DNA from: Phoronis australis | Taxonomy: Eukaryota > Animalia > Phoronida | DNA length: 64,000 nt | Direction: 5' to 3' | Assembly (NCBI GenBank): GCA_002633005.1 | Contig: NMRA01000481.1 | Coordinates: 186,001-250,000 of the forward strand | In this document: positions 52,247-64,000 of the stretch, one piece after another | How the letters are laid out: each line of letters starts with the position of its first letter | How positions within the stretch are numbered: the stretch's first letter is position 1 | Translations under genes and position numbers: made by a program | The notes under the pieces: model-generated | Database searches by the model: none | What the model was told of the DNA's origin: nothing | Seen by the model: the letters and a program-made list of their open reading frames with translations, nothing else

Positions 52247-53783
52247 GTGAGTAATGGCACAGTATATTCCAAAAGTGTTCAAACAAAATAACCCGCACAA
52301 CAAAATGACAGGGAATTCTCGGTCATGACGCCACAGTGCTAGCAGCTGGTCGTCATGATCTGGAAATCTTCCCATAACTAGTAGGTTATCTAGGTGAAAT
52401 CGCCATCCCATAATAACGATTCTGCCGGAATGGCAAGTCATTGCCGCTCATTCTCCCTGAAAGCGGAATTAGCCGTCGTGACGCGGAAATGATATTTTGT
52501 TTGGTTACTTTTGCCACGTATTCTATTCCAATGTTAGCATTTAACTGTTTCTCAAGAAGTGCCCATCTTCAAAATATCGCGTGGAAAAATAGTGTCGCTT
52601 CTTTGTTGCCTGTAACTATATTGACTGTATATTGTTTCAGTAACATCTTCACAGATTACTACTGCCATTCATTTTGCATAATTACATTAATTAGTCCATT
52701 AATTACTCCATTAATTACACAATTAATTACACAACAGGTTATTTCTTCAGAATCACATCCACGTGTGGAGAGCCATTTAAGGAAACTTCTTTTCTCAGAT
52801 AACACTTAAAAGTAGCTGTATGAGGCAAAGAGCCAGTCCTAGGCTTAATGTCCATTTTGCTTGGAGCTCATGAATTCTGTGATCTCGTTTGTGAATTCTA
52901 TACAGTCATGATAACTTTTACCAGGAAAGAAGTCTGCACAAACTGAAGATAGTGGCCATGACACTCTAGCCGTGTCGGTTTCGTCAGGAGAAGAAAATAA
53001 NAAGGCCAAGGAGTCGGCTGCTCATCGTGAGTAATGCCACAGTATATTCCAAAAGTGTTCAAACAAAATAACCCGCGCAACAAAATGACAGGGAATTCCC
53101 GGTCATGACGCCACAGTGCTAGCAGGTGGCCGTCATGATCTGGAAATCTTCCCATAACTAGTTGGTTATCTAGGTGAAATCGCCATCCCATAATAATGAT
53201 TCTGCCGGAATCGCAAGTCACTGCCTCTCATTCTCAGTGAAAGCGGAATTAGCCGTCGTGACACGGAAATGATATTTTGTTTGGTTACTTTTGCCACGTA
53301 TTCTACTATTCCAATGTTAGTATTTAACTGTTTCTCAAGAAGTGCCCGTCTTCAAAAAATCGGGTGGAAAAATATTGTCGCTTCTTTATTGCCTGTAACT
53401 ATATTGACTGTAAATTGTTTCAGTAACATCTTCACAGATTACTACTGCCTTTCATTTTGCATAATTACATTAATTAGTCCATTAATTACTCCATTAATTA
53501 CACAATTAATTACACAACAGGTTATTTCTTCAGAATCACATGCACGTGTGGAGAGCCATTTAAGGAAACTTCTTTTCTCAGATAACACTTAAAAGTAGCT
53601 GTATGAGGCAAAGAGCCAGTCCTAGGCTTAATGTCCATTTTGCTTGGAGCTCATGAATTCTGTGATCTCGTTTGTGAATTCTATACAGTCATGATAACTT
53701 TTACCAGGAAAGAAGTCTGCACAAACTGAAGATAGTGGCCATGACACTCTAGCCGTGTCGGTTTCGTCAGGAGAAGAAAATAA
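52222..53783 (+). other. ~780-bp apparent tandem duplication across the N at 53001 (52222-53000 vs 53002-53783), probably an unmerged haplotype overlap
   Basis: The copies abut the N exactly and differ by scattered substitutions and a 3-bp indel. Confidence 0.88.
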
Positions 53784-53823
53784 ATACGATTCTGATAAGG
53801 ATCCCGCGTGGAATCCTTTTGAG
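53708..53823 (+). CDS. QSER1: QSER1-like exon (RKKSAQTEDSG...DSDKDPAWNPFE)
   Basis: Phase 1 to 0, bridging 52246 and 55432. A truncated copy lies at 52925-53000. Confidence 0.88.
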
Positions 53824-55431
53824 GTATGGAACGACGGGTTGAAATGGGTTTTAACTGGTTTGGGGATCTTGTTGACAAACATGACTGTGTATTTTGTCGA
53901 ATATCTGCATACTATAGAATTAGTATTAATAAAATCATAGATTTTCTGAACGTAGTAAGCCTGTAGAATTTGGTGATTTTCTACCAATCTCATTAATCTG
54001 TGCTATTTTTTATCAAAGTTTAAAAACAAAGTTAGGCACATTCATAGCAAAGCAATGGTATCAATAACAGGTCCAAATTTCATTTGATATAGAATGTTTA
54101 AGAGGAAGTCGCAAAAATATTCTAAAACATTTTGTTTTTAATTTGTGCATTTTTTCATGAAAATCGTAGCTCCTCATGCAAAATGAAACATTTTTAAACA
54201 TTTCCTTAATACATCATTTTGGCGAACACTGCATCAACCATAATATGTGAAGGTTTCAGTCATTTTTGAGTTGTGAGTTCTGACTGCCAAATTTTGACAT
54301 TTTCTAGTGTACTGCATGACCTTAAAGTGATTAAAATCACTGATTTCATGTCAAAAATACCAAAACACAAACCCACCAGTTGATCATCTGTCCGATTAGA
54401 ACACCTGTAATCACTATCTGATCTTCAGTTGCGAACACTTATTGGTCGATACATCAATAGAATCTGTATAACCAATCAAAGCATTAGTTGTCCTTCATTG
54501 TGTTTAGTGTGAAAAGGCGTTCGATATTGCTGCTCGTTTTCTGGTGGCTTACAGTATGATAAATAATAGTGAGGGGCTGCCTTTGTGGTTATTGTAACAA
54601 CTCGGTATTTGAGCATACTGTCGCTTGTTTTCACTTTCTTGCGGGATATCGGAGAAGCGCGGATAATACACAAGATTGTACTAGAAGCTCGCATGTTGGT
54701 GGAGATGACACAGTAGCGGTGGGTGCATTTATAAGTCACTCGTGTTCGCGGTGCTTGGACTCTTTTTCTTCCATTTTCTCATTTTTGGACTATTGACTTC
54801 ACTGTTGTAATATCCTGTGCTTTAAAGGAAGGTTTAATTACGCTGACAATACTATCACGAATCAAAACAAGGTGCCTGGTGGTTTTAAACTCTGTAGTAC
54901 TTAGCGCGCTTTCGGAGACCTGAAAGTGCGCAACTTCTGACTTAGATAAGTTTGAGGCGTTTTAACATGCGCAGTGCAACCTCACAGATGCATTTATTGT
55001 CCAGGGGAATAATACAAAGCTAGTCTTACATTGGGCACCTCAGATCTGGTTTTAATCTTAACCAACGGAAAAAGACTGTCAACAATGAAAAGTGTTGCGT
55101 GTTTAATCAATTCTGTATATCCGAAAACTTGCTCCCGAAGTACAGCCAATCTTAACCAATAAATATATACGGCAATAAGATGTAACTGAAACGGAGAAAG
55201 GGGAGCAGGGGAAGGGGTGCGGGGGAAGGACTTTCACGCGCCATTCACACACTCACGCCATGCTCATATGATGTCTGATGAAATTATGTGCTAGGTAAAT
55301 ACATACAAACATAGGTACATGTGAAAATAATGTTAATTCTTGCTTTTGACAATTTCTTGCTAAAGCGTGGGGTTCTTGTAAAGACTTGCCTTTAGTTTGT
55401 ATTAAGTCTATCTATGTTTGCTTGACTGCAG

Positions 55432-55505
55432 GATGCCTGTGTGGATGATGGTGACTCTAACCCACGCAAAAAGACGTTCAGAAAAACACGCACTAGACAA
55501 AGCAG
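55432..55505 (+). CDS. QSER1: QSER1-like exon (DACVDDGDSNPRKKTFRKTRTRQS)
   Basis: tgactgcag| ... AG|gtgggt, phase 0 to 2. Confidence 0.8.
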
Positions 55506-56436
55506 GTGGGTACATTTGCATTATACTGAGAATTTTTGTGTACATGGTCCTTGAATGAGCATCCACGAGCCTATATCTGTGTCCCTACTGTGACCAAATT
55601 GAGTTCTTGAGCTTTTGCAACAGTTAAATGAATGTGTAATTTTCCAGAAATGCGCCGGCAAAGCGGCAGATAGTGAAAGTGCCATTCTTATGGGATTTTT
55701 ACATAGTGCATCCATAAATGTATTTTTCCATTTAATTGTGAATTTTGTGAGTGAAGTTCTTGAGGTATAAGGTTTGACAGAAAGTCTCAGACATGTTTTT
55801 GTAACCTGATGAATAAAAGTACTGGCATGTTTTGTGCAGGATATCTCGCTTCGGTTTAAGTTCCGGTGACGTCTGTGAAAAAGCGCAATTTTGTAGTAAA
55901 AACATGGTAACTGCTGATAGCCAAACATTGTTTTTATCCTCAGAACACGTTTCTTTATCATTAAGAATTTTAAGGATGCGTGGTTCCTTAGTTGAAAATA
56001 GGACGGTAAATTATATTTTAGACAAAGTTATATGCAAAGCTTAAAAATGCGATTATCAATTTTAGTCGATGAATGGTTGCTGAACACTGTCCGATTCCCA
56101 TCAATACCGTTTACCTAATATACAATGGCACATATTATCAGAGACTCCTGAAAGCTAAGTGATTGCAGAAAAACATTTTGTTTGTCTTTGTAGTGATTCC
56201 TGGTTGATGATAGGAATCGAGTGCTGAATATTGAATTCTCCTCTGGAATTATGATAATTCAAAAGTCTTGTTCAGTGAATGGTGAAATTACGACTACATT
56301 GCCTGGCGTTCCATCATTACTTTCCATTTTGTATCATTAAATAAATGAAATTTGTCCATTTGTGTGCAATGTTCAATGTTCATTGGTCATAAGGAGTTCG
56401 TATGTGCTGTGACCTCTGATTGTTATGTGTTGACAG

Positions 56437-56500
56437 GAAACGGTCTTCAAGTGCTACGCTTCTAGAGGTGGGTGAGGTTAAGCTAGCCAAAAAAGTCAAA
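56437..56500 (+). CDS. QSER1: QSER1-like exon (KRSSSATLLEVGEVKLAKKVK)
   Basis: ttgacag| ... |gtaagt, phase 2 to 0. Confidence 0.78.
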
Positions 56501-56610
56501 GTAAGTATAAAATTGACGAATGTACTGCCAGGCTGTCCTTAGACCTAAAATCTTGCAAGAAAGTTATATCACGCATGAAAGCCGTGTCTTTGGAATGTGC
56601 ACGCGACCTT

Positions 56611-57107
56611 AATAGTGTATCCTAGCCTAATAGCGGCCTCTCAATTGATTGGTCGGTGAGGTTGGGACAGATTTCACTGCTTCTATTCCCTAAACTCAGA
56701 TTTCTCCCTGCAAGTGGATCGTGATTGTCTTTCTCTCCAAGGAACGCTGCCATGTTGTTGGTATGGCCAACAGGCGATTATTCTACTTAATCAAATTTCT
56801 TCAAAAAAAGAAACGCATGAAAATTTGCGTGGTTTGTTCTGTGCCATAAAACTACATTTGGTCAAATATCTCTGCTATTTGAAGAAAAGGTGATCGACTT
56901 TTGAAAAATGAGAATTTTGGCAATTATGTCCATGCGAAATACGGGCAGAGATACGGTACTGAGGACATTTTCAGCTGCACTTACTCGCCCTTGTCCTTTA
57001 ATTGGTTCCTCATTCATCCGCAAGTAGCGCGATTCCTCAGGCACTGGCGAGTGACCGGTGATTGCCTCTGTTGTGGGCTGTGATTATGAACACACGCGCA
57101 CTCTATT
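56611..57107. mobile_element. Possible non-autonomous DNA element
   Basis: Short inverted ends AATAGTGT / CACTCTATT around a CpG-richer interior. Confidence 0.3.
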
Positions 57108-57677
57108 CTTTTTTCCAGTGGTTTTCAAAGCGATTTGTGTTGAATTAGCCAGAGTGAAAAGCTCAAGCTAGAGATGTTTGTGCGCTGCATCTTGCTATTG
57201 ATGCTGAAACTATGTACTGTAGCGAAGAGGTGGAGCTGAAGACTGGTTCACTGCAATCGGTGTCATTTGTTCAATTCATGACGCATCATGTGTGAAAATT
57301 TTCATTATAGCTCATCTGTTGTGATAAAGCATATGCACGACATATAGTAACTTTTCACTTATTAGGACACATTATTGCAGGCAAGGGAAATTCAGTTTTG
57401 TTAAATTTGTCTGCGCAAATAAAGATTAAGAAAACTTTAGTTTATGATTTACTAACTGGTATGGTTTGTACTGTGCAGATGTCATAATTCAGTTGTTTTG
57501 GTTATTTTTCCGTTATTTTCTGTAAAGTAATTGGCCTTTGTTTGATGAAGGGCAAAATTACAATTTTGCAATTATTTTTGTGCAAATTGTGTGGAGAATC
57601 ACTGTGTTAACGTTGGCCTGTACTCTTGTCTTCAGTATTGTCGCCACTACAGTTAATTGATGCGTTTTTGTGTCCAG

Positions 57678-57821
57678 CAAGTTGGTGGGTTTTTCATCGA
57701 CTACAGATCGGAGATCGACCCGCAGAGTTACTGTATCTGGAAGAAGGATACGGGGCGACTGATACAGAAATACGAGGCTACGTACGACGGGTCCACTATG
57801 TATCACAAGGCCAGTAGTGTG
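57678..57821 (+). CDS. QSER1: QSER1-like exon (QVGGFFIDYRSEIDPQSYCIWKKDTGRLIQKYEATYDGSTMYHKASSV)
   Basis: 48 open codons, phase 0 to 0, canonical sites. The frame differs from ORF 57626..57817. Confidence 0.87.
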
Positions 57822-58149
57822 GTATGTATAGCATGATGCATACGCGTAATGCTGAGTACAATGACAATTTCAATCACTGATACAATATCTGATTGCTATT
57901 GTACCTAACGTAATTAAAATGAAAATTGGCCCTTGATTTTTTTTGTATTTGCGCTTTTCGCCATAGTTTCATTTTTCTTTGTCTCGTGACCTTTTGTTTT
58001 TTGTCTGTGGAACTGAATTTTGTAAAAAAGTGTTTTTAAACGCAAATAGTCGACTTTTTGAATGCGTCCTGTTTTGATAAAAACACTGAAGAATATGCAG
58101 TCGGTGTGGCCTTATAGACAAGTCTGTACATTTAGCCACATTTCTGCAA

Positions 58150-58567
58150 AACCAAAATTAAGCTTTGTACATTTTCGAGGGTAGGAAGCCTGATTTTTAA
58201 CATTGTACCAATATGTCATTGAATGGGTCACGTGACCATGTTTTTGTAGTAAAATTTAGCAAAAAGGAAAGTTACATTCATAGGAGGACAAAGGTATCAA
58301 TGAAATGAACAAATTTTCTTTTGATATCAATGTTCAACATTTCATTGTTTTTCAATTTAATGCAGCTTTTTCATGAAAACTGTATTTTGATAACTGCATA
58401 CTATGTAAAAATGAATAATTTAAAAGCAACTCTCCATACTGTTTTGGAGAACAGTGCTCAGAGCATGGTACATGAAAGTTTCGTACGAATCAGAGCAATC
58501 ATTTTTAAGATACTATGTTCCAACGTTAGTCAAATTTGGACATTTTTCTTGGGTCCTGACGTAACCT
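58150..58567. mobile_element. Inverted copy of the 8010-8502 element family
   Basis: TTTGGACATTTTTCTTGGGTCC and GTAGTAAAATTTAGCAAAAAGGAAAG match the 8 kb copy in reverse complement. Confidence 0.6.
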
Positions 58568-58785
58568 GAATCTTCCTGAAGTCAATGTGCTCAATTGTCC
58601 CTTGTCTTTGATTAAGGTTAATAGTTACTGGTTACAATGATTGATTGACCTTTGACCCTATTATGGAATAATTGGTATAAACTTTGTTGTGCAGTGATCT
58701 TATTGTCCTGTGATTGGCAGTTGACCTTTCTGTCCAGTGGTTGAACTCGTGCCCTGCCTAACCTCTGACCTTATTGACCTTGCAG

Positions 58786-58904
58786 TTCTCTAACCTGACT
58801 GAGGTGATGAAGCCTCACTTTCAGCCCATCCGTGTAAACCTGGTGGCTGGTAACTTGAAGTTTGTGGAGGTGCCGCATGAGTTCAGACCCACTTCCAGCT
58901 CCAG
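58786..58904 (+). CDS. QSER1: QSER1-like exon (FSNLTEVMKPHFQPIRVNLVAGNLKFVEVPHEFRPTSSS)
   Basis: ccttgcag| ... AG|gtaagt, phase 0 to 2. Confidence 0.87.
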
Positions 58905-59439
58905 GTAAGTGGATAGGTGATCTGTGGAAGGTCAGTCGGGGTTTCCTCAAGCTGTTTATGTAATATGCTATTGCTTTGGGAATCCAGTTTCGCACAATGA
59001 CAAGTGTTGAAGTTTTTGGCTCAGGTTTACGTCATGTCACAAAATCAAGTTGTGAAACGAGGCGAGTTAACTCTTTTTGCTTTCTATGGTCATACTCACC
59101 GCATTCTTTTTATGTTGCCATGAACTTGGCCAGGTTCACCCACTGAAGCACCGGTCAAAGTAAAAAAGATTACAGTCGGTCCAGTCCGATGCCTAAATTG
59201 CATCAGACGTAGGCAGGCAACATAGGTCAGGCCCATTGCATGAAATACTTGATTTGGAACTCATGGGGATCCTTTTATGCTCTTATGTATATATAGTCAT
59301 TAGGCTGTTGTCTCTGCTTCCCCCTGTCTGGTCATTTCACTTAACAGTCTACCCGGAAGGATCAGTCATTCCCCAGAGAAGGCCTGTTCATCATTACTCA
59401 TTATAGCTAGTACATCTTTATCTGAAGTATGTGCCGATG

Positions 59440-59863
59440 ATTTCAGTACAGATCGCTTGTCTGAATCTGCGCGGGTGAGCTAGAAGAGCCCTCTATGGTC
59501 TGCCTACAGTGTTTATTAAATATCTGCTTGACATTTTTGTAGTGACTCCGTCTACTTGTATTACAGGCCACCAGTTCCCATCTTAACAGATGCAGAGCCC
59601 CCTATGGTGCACATACAGTACTGTATTTAATGTCCACACGTACCTGAAATGTATATACTAGGTACTCAGTCTCATTGTATTACAGATCACCAGTTCCCAT
59701 CTTAACCGATGAACTAGCAGAGCCCCCAATGGTGCACATACACCATAAAATGTCCATGCGTACTTGAAATGTATATAGGGACTCCATCTCAATGTATTAC
59801 AGATCACTAGGTCCCACCTCGACCAGCAGAGCCCCCTATGACCCCTGTAATGGTTTATTTACG
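59440..59863 (+). repeat. Degenerate ~117-bp tandem array derived from the acceptor and 5' part of the next exon
   Basis: TGTATTACAG ends at 59566, 59685, 59802 and 59873 (the true acceptor), with a weaker TACAG at 59451. Each is followed by a GAGCCC block. Confidence 0.88.
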
Positions 59864-59873
59864 TGTATTACAG

Positions 59874-59989
59874 GCCAGCAGGCCCCATCTCAGTGGATGA
59901 GCTAGCCGAGCCCTTCAAGGTTTATATGCAGATCATGATCAGTCAGGCATTGGCTCCAGGCTTCCTTAAGGCAGTTGAGGAAGAACAGG
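59874..59989 (+). CDS. QSER1: QSER1-like exon, DUF4211 start (PAGPISVDELAEPFKVYMQIMISQALAPGFLKAVEEEQ)
   Basis: Resembles the FxxYVEMLVSTALDP motif of QSER1/PRR12; phase 2 to 1. Confidence 0.93.
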
Positions 59990-61306
59990 GTGAGAAAAGA
60001 GAACTCTCTTAAAGAGAAAATATGAGTACGCAGGGCTGGTTATCCTAGAAGAGTCAACTACCGTTTACTCACCTGATTCCTTAAGCATGCATAAGATTAC
60101 TGCGAGTGTGGACCACCATTTTCGTATTGCTATTTGGTTGTGGTGGACCACCTTGTGTAGCCATCTTACATGCTCAGGGCATCATTGTAATTCTTTATCA
60201 GAGTGATGTCATTGGTTCGTGTCAGTTTCATGTATCGTAGTTCTCACAAAAACAAGATACCTGCAGTTGACCAGCTCCAAAAACTTCTCTAGGTGGCAGC
60301 AGTGAAACAACAGTTCACCTGGGTGTACAAATGCACACGAGACCTTTGATACTCTTTCAACACCCCCTTTGTGGGTCAGTTTCATGAATCGCTGTTCACA
60401 CAGTTTGTGCTGTTTAATAGACCTCAGAAACAAGATACATGCAGTTGACCAGCTCCAAAAACTTCTCTTCTGAATTCATTTGTTGCTTGTATGCTTAGGG
60501 CTACCAGAATAGCCACGGACAGTTAAAGATGTTTGTTTATTTTATTTTATTTAAAATGAGGGTGGCCTCTTCAGTGTCAGCACTGCTTTCCGCGAGAACC
60601 CTCTATGGATGTCTAGGATAATTGGCGATTAGTATTTTTCGTAAAATTGATACCAACACATGGATTTTTCCTTTAAGAAACTCTTATTTAAATCCTCATG
60701 GGTGTTAGTTGTAGGGTTCGGCATCCAGGGCTTCACATTAATTAGATATCTCATGCTATGGTAAATAGTTAGAATACAGTATGAAGGAGCAATGAATTTT
60801 CATTTTCTCAAATTTCTCAGAACTTCGCCTGAGAAATTTTTACTTCACTTTTTTGTGAAGCTGTTATCATCCGACACGTGACGAAATTCTGTTCAGAACA
60901 ATTTTAACTATGTTATGCACTTTAATTTGAAAATGAAAAAACGACAGTTCAGGCAGTTTTTTGTTTGGAGAAACTATATACTGTTTTGTTTTCAACTGTG
61001 TGATAGGCAAGAACGTCTTCCGCAGACTCTCAACTAGATGGCAGCAGTGAAACAACAGTTGATCTGGGTGTACAAATGCATGCTTTCAGTCAGTCACACG
61101 AGACCTTTGATACTCTTCCAAAACCCCCTTTGTGGGTCATCAATGTTCTGGTCTCACTTCATTGGGGGTAATAAAACAGGGCCTTCGTCTTCATTGATAC
61201 TGCCAAGTAAATGTTGAGAGTCTCCCATTCAGGAATCTGGTATCACAGCCTTTTGATAGGTACATAGAATTCTTGATTAGTGATTGATGTTCTCTAAACC
61301 CTTCAG

Positions 61307-61572
61307 AGGAGTTCTACATTGCCCCGTTGACCAAGATCGAGTCGGCTATTAAAGAGAAGAGGACGGAAATCTCGCGGCTCATCGACTGGTCACCCGTTTT
61401 CAGCAAAGCCGTTGAGACGCGACCTCACCTGGACATCAGCGATCTGAGTCACGCGAGCGAGCGTTGTCAAGTGACGGATGCATCTCCACCTGTTGCCACG
61501 AAGTGTGTTCAGTTGCACGGTGACACGTACAAGCAGGACAGTCTGGATGTACTGGCTAATGCGGAAACTCAG
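61307..61572 (+). CDS. QSER1: QSER1-like exon, DUF4211 (EEFYIAPLTKIESAIKEKR...VQLHGDTYKQDSL...)
   Basis: Resembles the ELYLPPMRKID and LxGxxYNxxTL motifs; phase 1 to 0. Confidence 0.93.
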
Positions 61573-62802
61573 GTACAATACACGCTGAAAATAATTGGAG
61601 GAAGTAATCTATCTGGAATTGCTTGACACGAGGACTGAATGAAGACATAATTCAACAACAGAGTAGCTGTAATTATGACGAGTTGCAATGAATTTTTTAC
61701 AAGAATCTCCATAAAGATGACAAAATTACCTGTTTTGTAAATTGAAAACACATTGTTTGAAATTTGAGAAATATGGTGAATGCCAAAATCGTTTTTCTCA
61801 CAAATTAGAGAATAAAGAAAACTCAGAATAAAGAAAATCCAATTTTTGCAGTAGTTTTTGTAGGCCCAGATTCTACAAACTGTCCTAAATTGGAGATTTT
61901 TTACGATAATAAGGGACTTTGTTTCAGAGGGTACTTTTCATTTGCATACGAGTGTAAGTTGACTTAAGTAAAAACGTCTATAAGAATGGATGCCTAGCAA
62001 GCTTGTTCGTTCACGACCTTTTTCATAATTTCGAAGTGAGGAAGACATATTTTCACGATTGTGGGGTCATCGTTCATCAAAGAGTTATGTTTCTAGAGCA
62101 GTCTACATTAAAATATTAATCAATTATGGAGTGGAATTTTGTTGCCTTCTAAATAATAAAAAAGTGAAATTGATTACCTTGTCAAGTATTCATTTGTTAA
62201 TCTCATGTCTCAAATTGCGGACAATATGATTTCAACCTGCAGAGCGGGTAATTTTGCCGTCTTTGTGGTGATTCTTGAATTTGGGATGGCCAGTAATTGC
62301 TATTTCTAGAAATTGGGACAAGCTCTGACCTTGAGCGAAATAAATGATTTTTCGCTGCCCAAATGGAGAATTTTTATCGTAGTTACGTAAAAGATCCTTG
62401 GAACAATTCTTGCTTGTTAAGTTTTTAAGCCTTAGTTGATTGTTTTCTGTGGAGTTATTTGAATGGACAACAGACTATTCACATGCAGATGTAACAATCT
62501 AGAGTTCAAATTTTAATGCATTTTTTGACGTTCGCTCAGTTTCATGCGACGGATGGAAAGTTCACAGTGCAAGCGCTTATTGGGTGCAACAGTTTCCTGA
62601 AGATTTCCCAATGACTCACTGTTCTTGAAACCGGAAAAAAAAACAAAATTTTATTTTCCTCATTTGGTTTGTTTTGTTTTCTGCAGACGAAGATCCGATG
62701 TTTTACTTGAACGTCTTACCATCCTATATCTCCCTTACGCGCGTGACGATCTCAATCTAATCTAATCTGAGCTGTCACCCCTCATTATTTGTGTTTCCAC
62801 AG

Positions 62803-62898
62803 GAGTTCCTAGTGTGTGACCCCGTGGTGAAACACCTGAAGGAGTTCCATGGACTCTGTCACTTCAAATACTCCGTATTCAAAAGATGTTCAGCTAAG
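62803..62898 (+). CDS. QSER1: QSER1-like exon (EFLVCDPVVKHLKEFHGLCHFKYSVFKRCSAK)
   Basis: Resembles the YHSLHHYKY motif of QSER1/PRR12; phase 0 to 0. The gene continues beyond the window. Confidence 0.93.
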
Positions 62899-63364
62899 GT
62901 AAGAATGACGAAGAATGTATTAAAGGTCTAATGTTTAAAGAACCAGAGAATGTAATTTTCTAGCCCACCTTGTGACGTATAATGGTTGTCATTCTCTGGC
63001 AATTAGTTGCTATCGGATATCAGAAGCTTTATTAATAATGCTCAGATTATTAGTGCTAACGAATTCACAAGAAAAGTGGCTAATAGTCGGCTATAGAGAC
63101 CCAGCATTTTAAGAACCACATCCTTTCTTTACTGAATAATTTTCATCAAACGGGTTGTCAAAATCTAGGACCCCGTTAAGTGACTATTGCCAAACAATGG
63201 GTTTCATGCAATGTTGATAAGTAAGGTGCAAAGCATTATACTAGACCTTAGAGGCAAAACAATTCTTCAAAGTGGTTGTGTGTGTCACCGTGAGAAAGCT
63301 TCAGAGATGTTGGTCTGTCTGAGTAAGTCATATTCTTTTGTTTTTCCATCCCAGTAACTGTGCN

Positions 63365-64000
63365 TGACGGAATTCTGTTCAGAACAATTTTAACTATGTT
63401 ATGCACTTTAATTTGAAAATGAAAAAACGACAGTTTAGGCAGTTTTTTGTTTGAGCTTGGAGAAACTATATTCTGTATTGTTTTCAACTGTGTGATAGGC
63501 AAGAACGTCTTCGCAGACTCCCAACTAGGTGGCAGCAGTGAAACAACAGTTGACCTGGGTGTTAAATGCATGCGCTCAGTCAGTCACACGAGACCTTTGA
63601 TACTCTTTCAACACCCCCTTTGTGGGTCATCAATGTTCTGGTGTCACTTCGTTGGGGGTAATAAAACAGGGCCTTCCTCTTCATTGATACTGCCAAGTAA
63701 ATGTTGAGAGTCTCCCATTCAGGAATCTGGTATCACAGCCTTTTGATAGGTACATAGAATTCTTGATTAGTGATTGATGTTCTCTAAACCCTTCAGAGGA
63801 GTTCTACATTGCCCCGTTGACCAAGATCGAGTCGGCTATTAAAGAGAAGAGGACGGAAATCTCGCGGCTCATCGACTGGTCACCCGTTTTCAGCAAAGCC
63901 GTTGAGACGCGACCTCACCTGGACATCAGCGATCTGAGTCACGCGAGCGAGCGTTGTCAAGTTACGGATGCAAGTCCACCTGTTGCCACGAAGTGTGTTC
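63365..64000 (+). other. Second copy of 60879-61510 after the N at 63364, including the exon restart at 63797; probably an unmerged haplotype
   Basis: Starts exactly at the N. The intron part carries substitutions and small indels; the exon part differs only synonymously. Confidence 0.88.

Noticed and set aside
52441-53592. Pair of similar 122-aa and 107-aa ORFs suggesting a duplicated small gene
   Set aside because: They are intronic, and the pairing comes from the probable haplotype overlap at N53001.
62687-62760. Extra exon after the strong pyrimidine tract and CAG at 62686
   Set aside because: The phase-0 reading hits a stop within about 9 codons and there is no donor. The acceptor at 62802 gives the conserved sequence.
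63365-64000. True tandem duplication of a DUF4211 exon (mutually exclusive exons)
   Set aside because: It begins exactly at an N join and is protein-identical, so it is most simply an unmerged allele.

Overview
This is eukaryotic (metazoan) genomic DNA, not prokaryotic: AT-rich, with GT-AG introns and many short non-autonomous transposons. It probably comes from a heterozygous marine invertebrate (inference). I assembled two multi-exon chromatin-regulator genes by hand, arranged head-to-head. A CECR2 orthologue lies on the minus strand (~6070-25403; DDT/WHIM-like N-terminus, bromodomain, long disordered tail). A QSER1/PRR12-family gene lies on the plus strand (coding 47968->62898 and continuing out of the window; C-terminal DUF4211), with a probable shared promoter at ~25.2-26.1 kb. 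A decayed BEL/Pao integrase sits in a CECR2 intron. Four single-N joins (374, 15490, 53001, 63364) mark assembly breaks: two duplicate neighbouring sequence and one hides CECR2 exon(s). No CRISPR, rRNA or tRNA is supported. The most unusual signals are (i) tandem arrays built from each gene's own exon/intron boundary (a donor array in CECR2, an acceptor array in QSER1), (ii) a phased array of CTCF-like motifs before the QSER1 start exon, and (iii) a candidate AG|GT recursive splice site in the long 5' intron. Family assignments rest on my recall of the homologues, not on searches.
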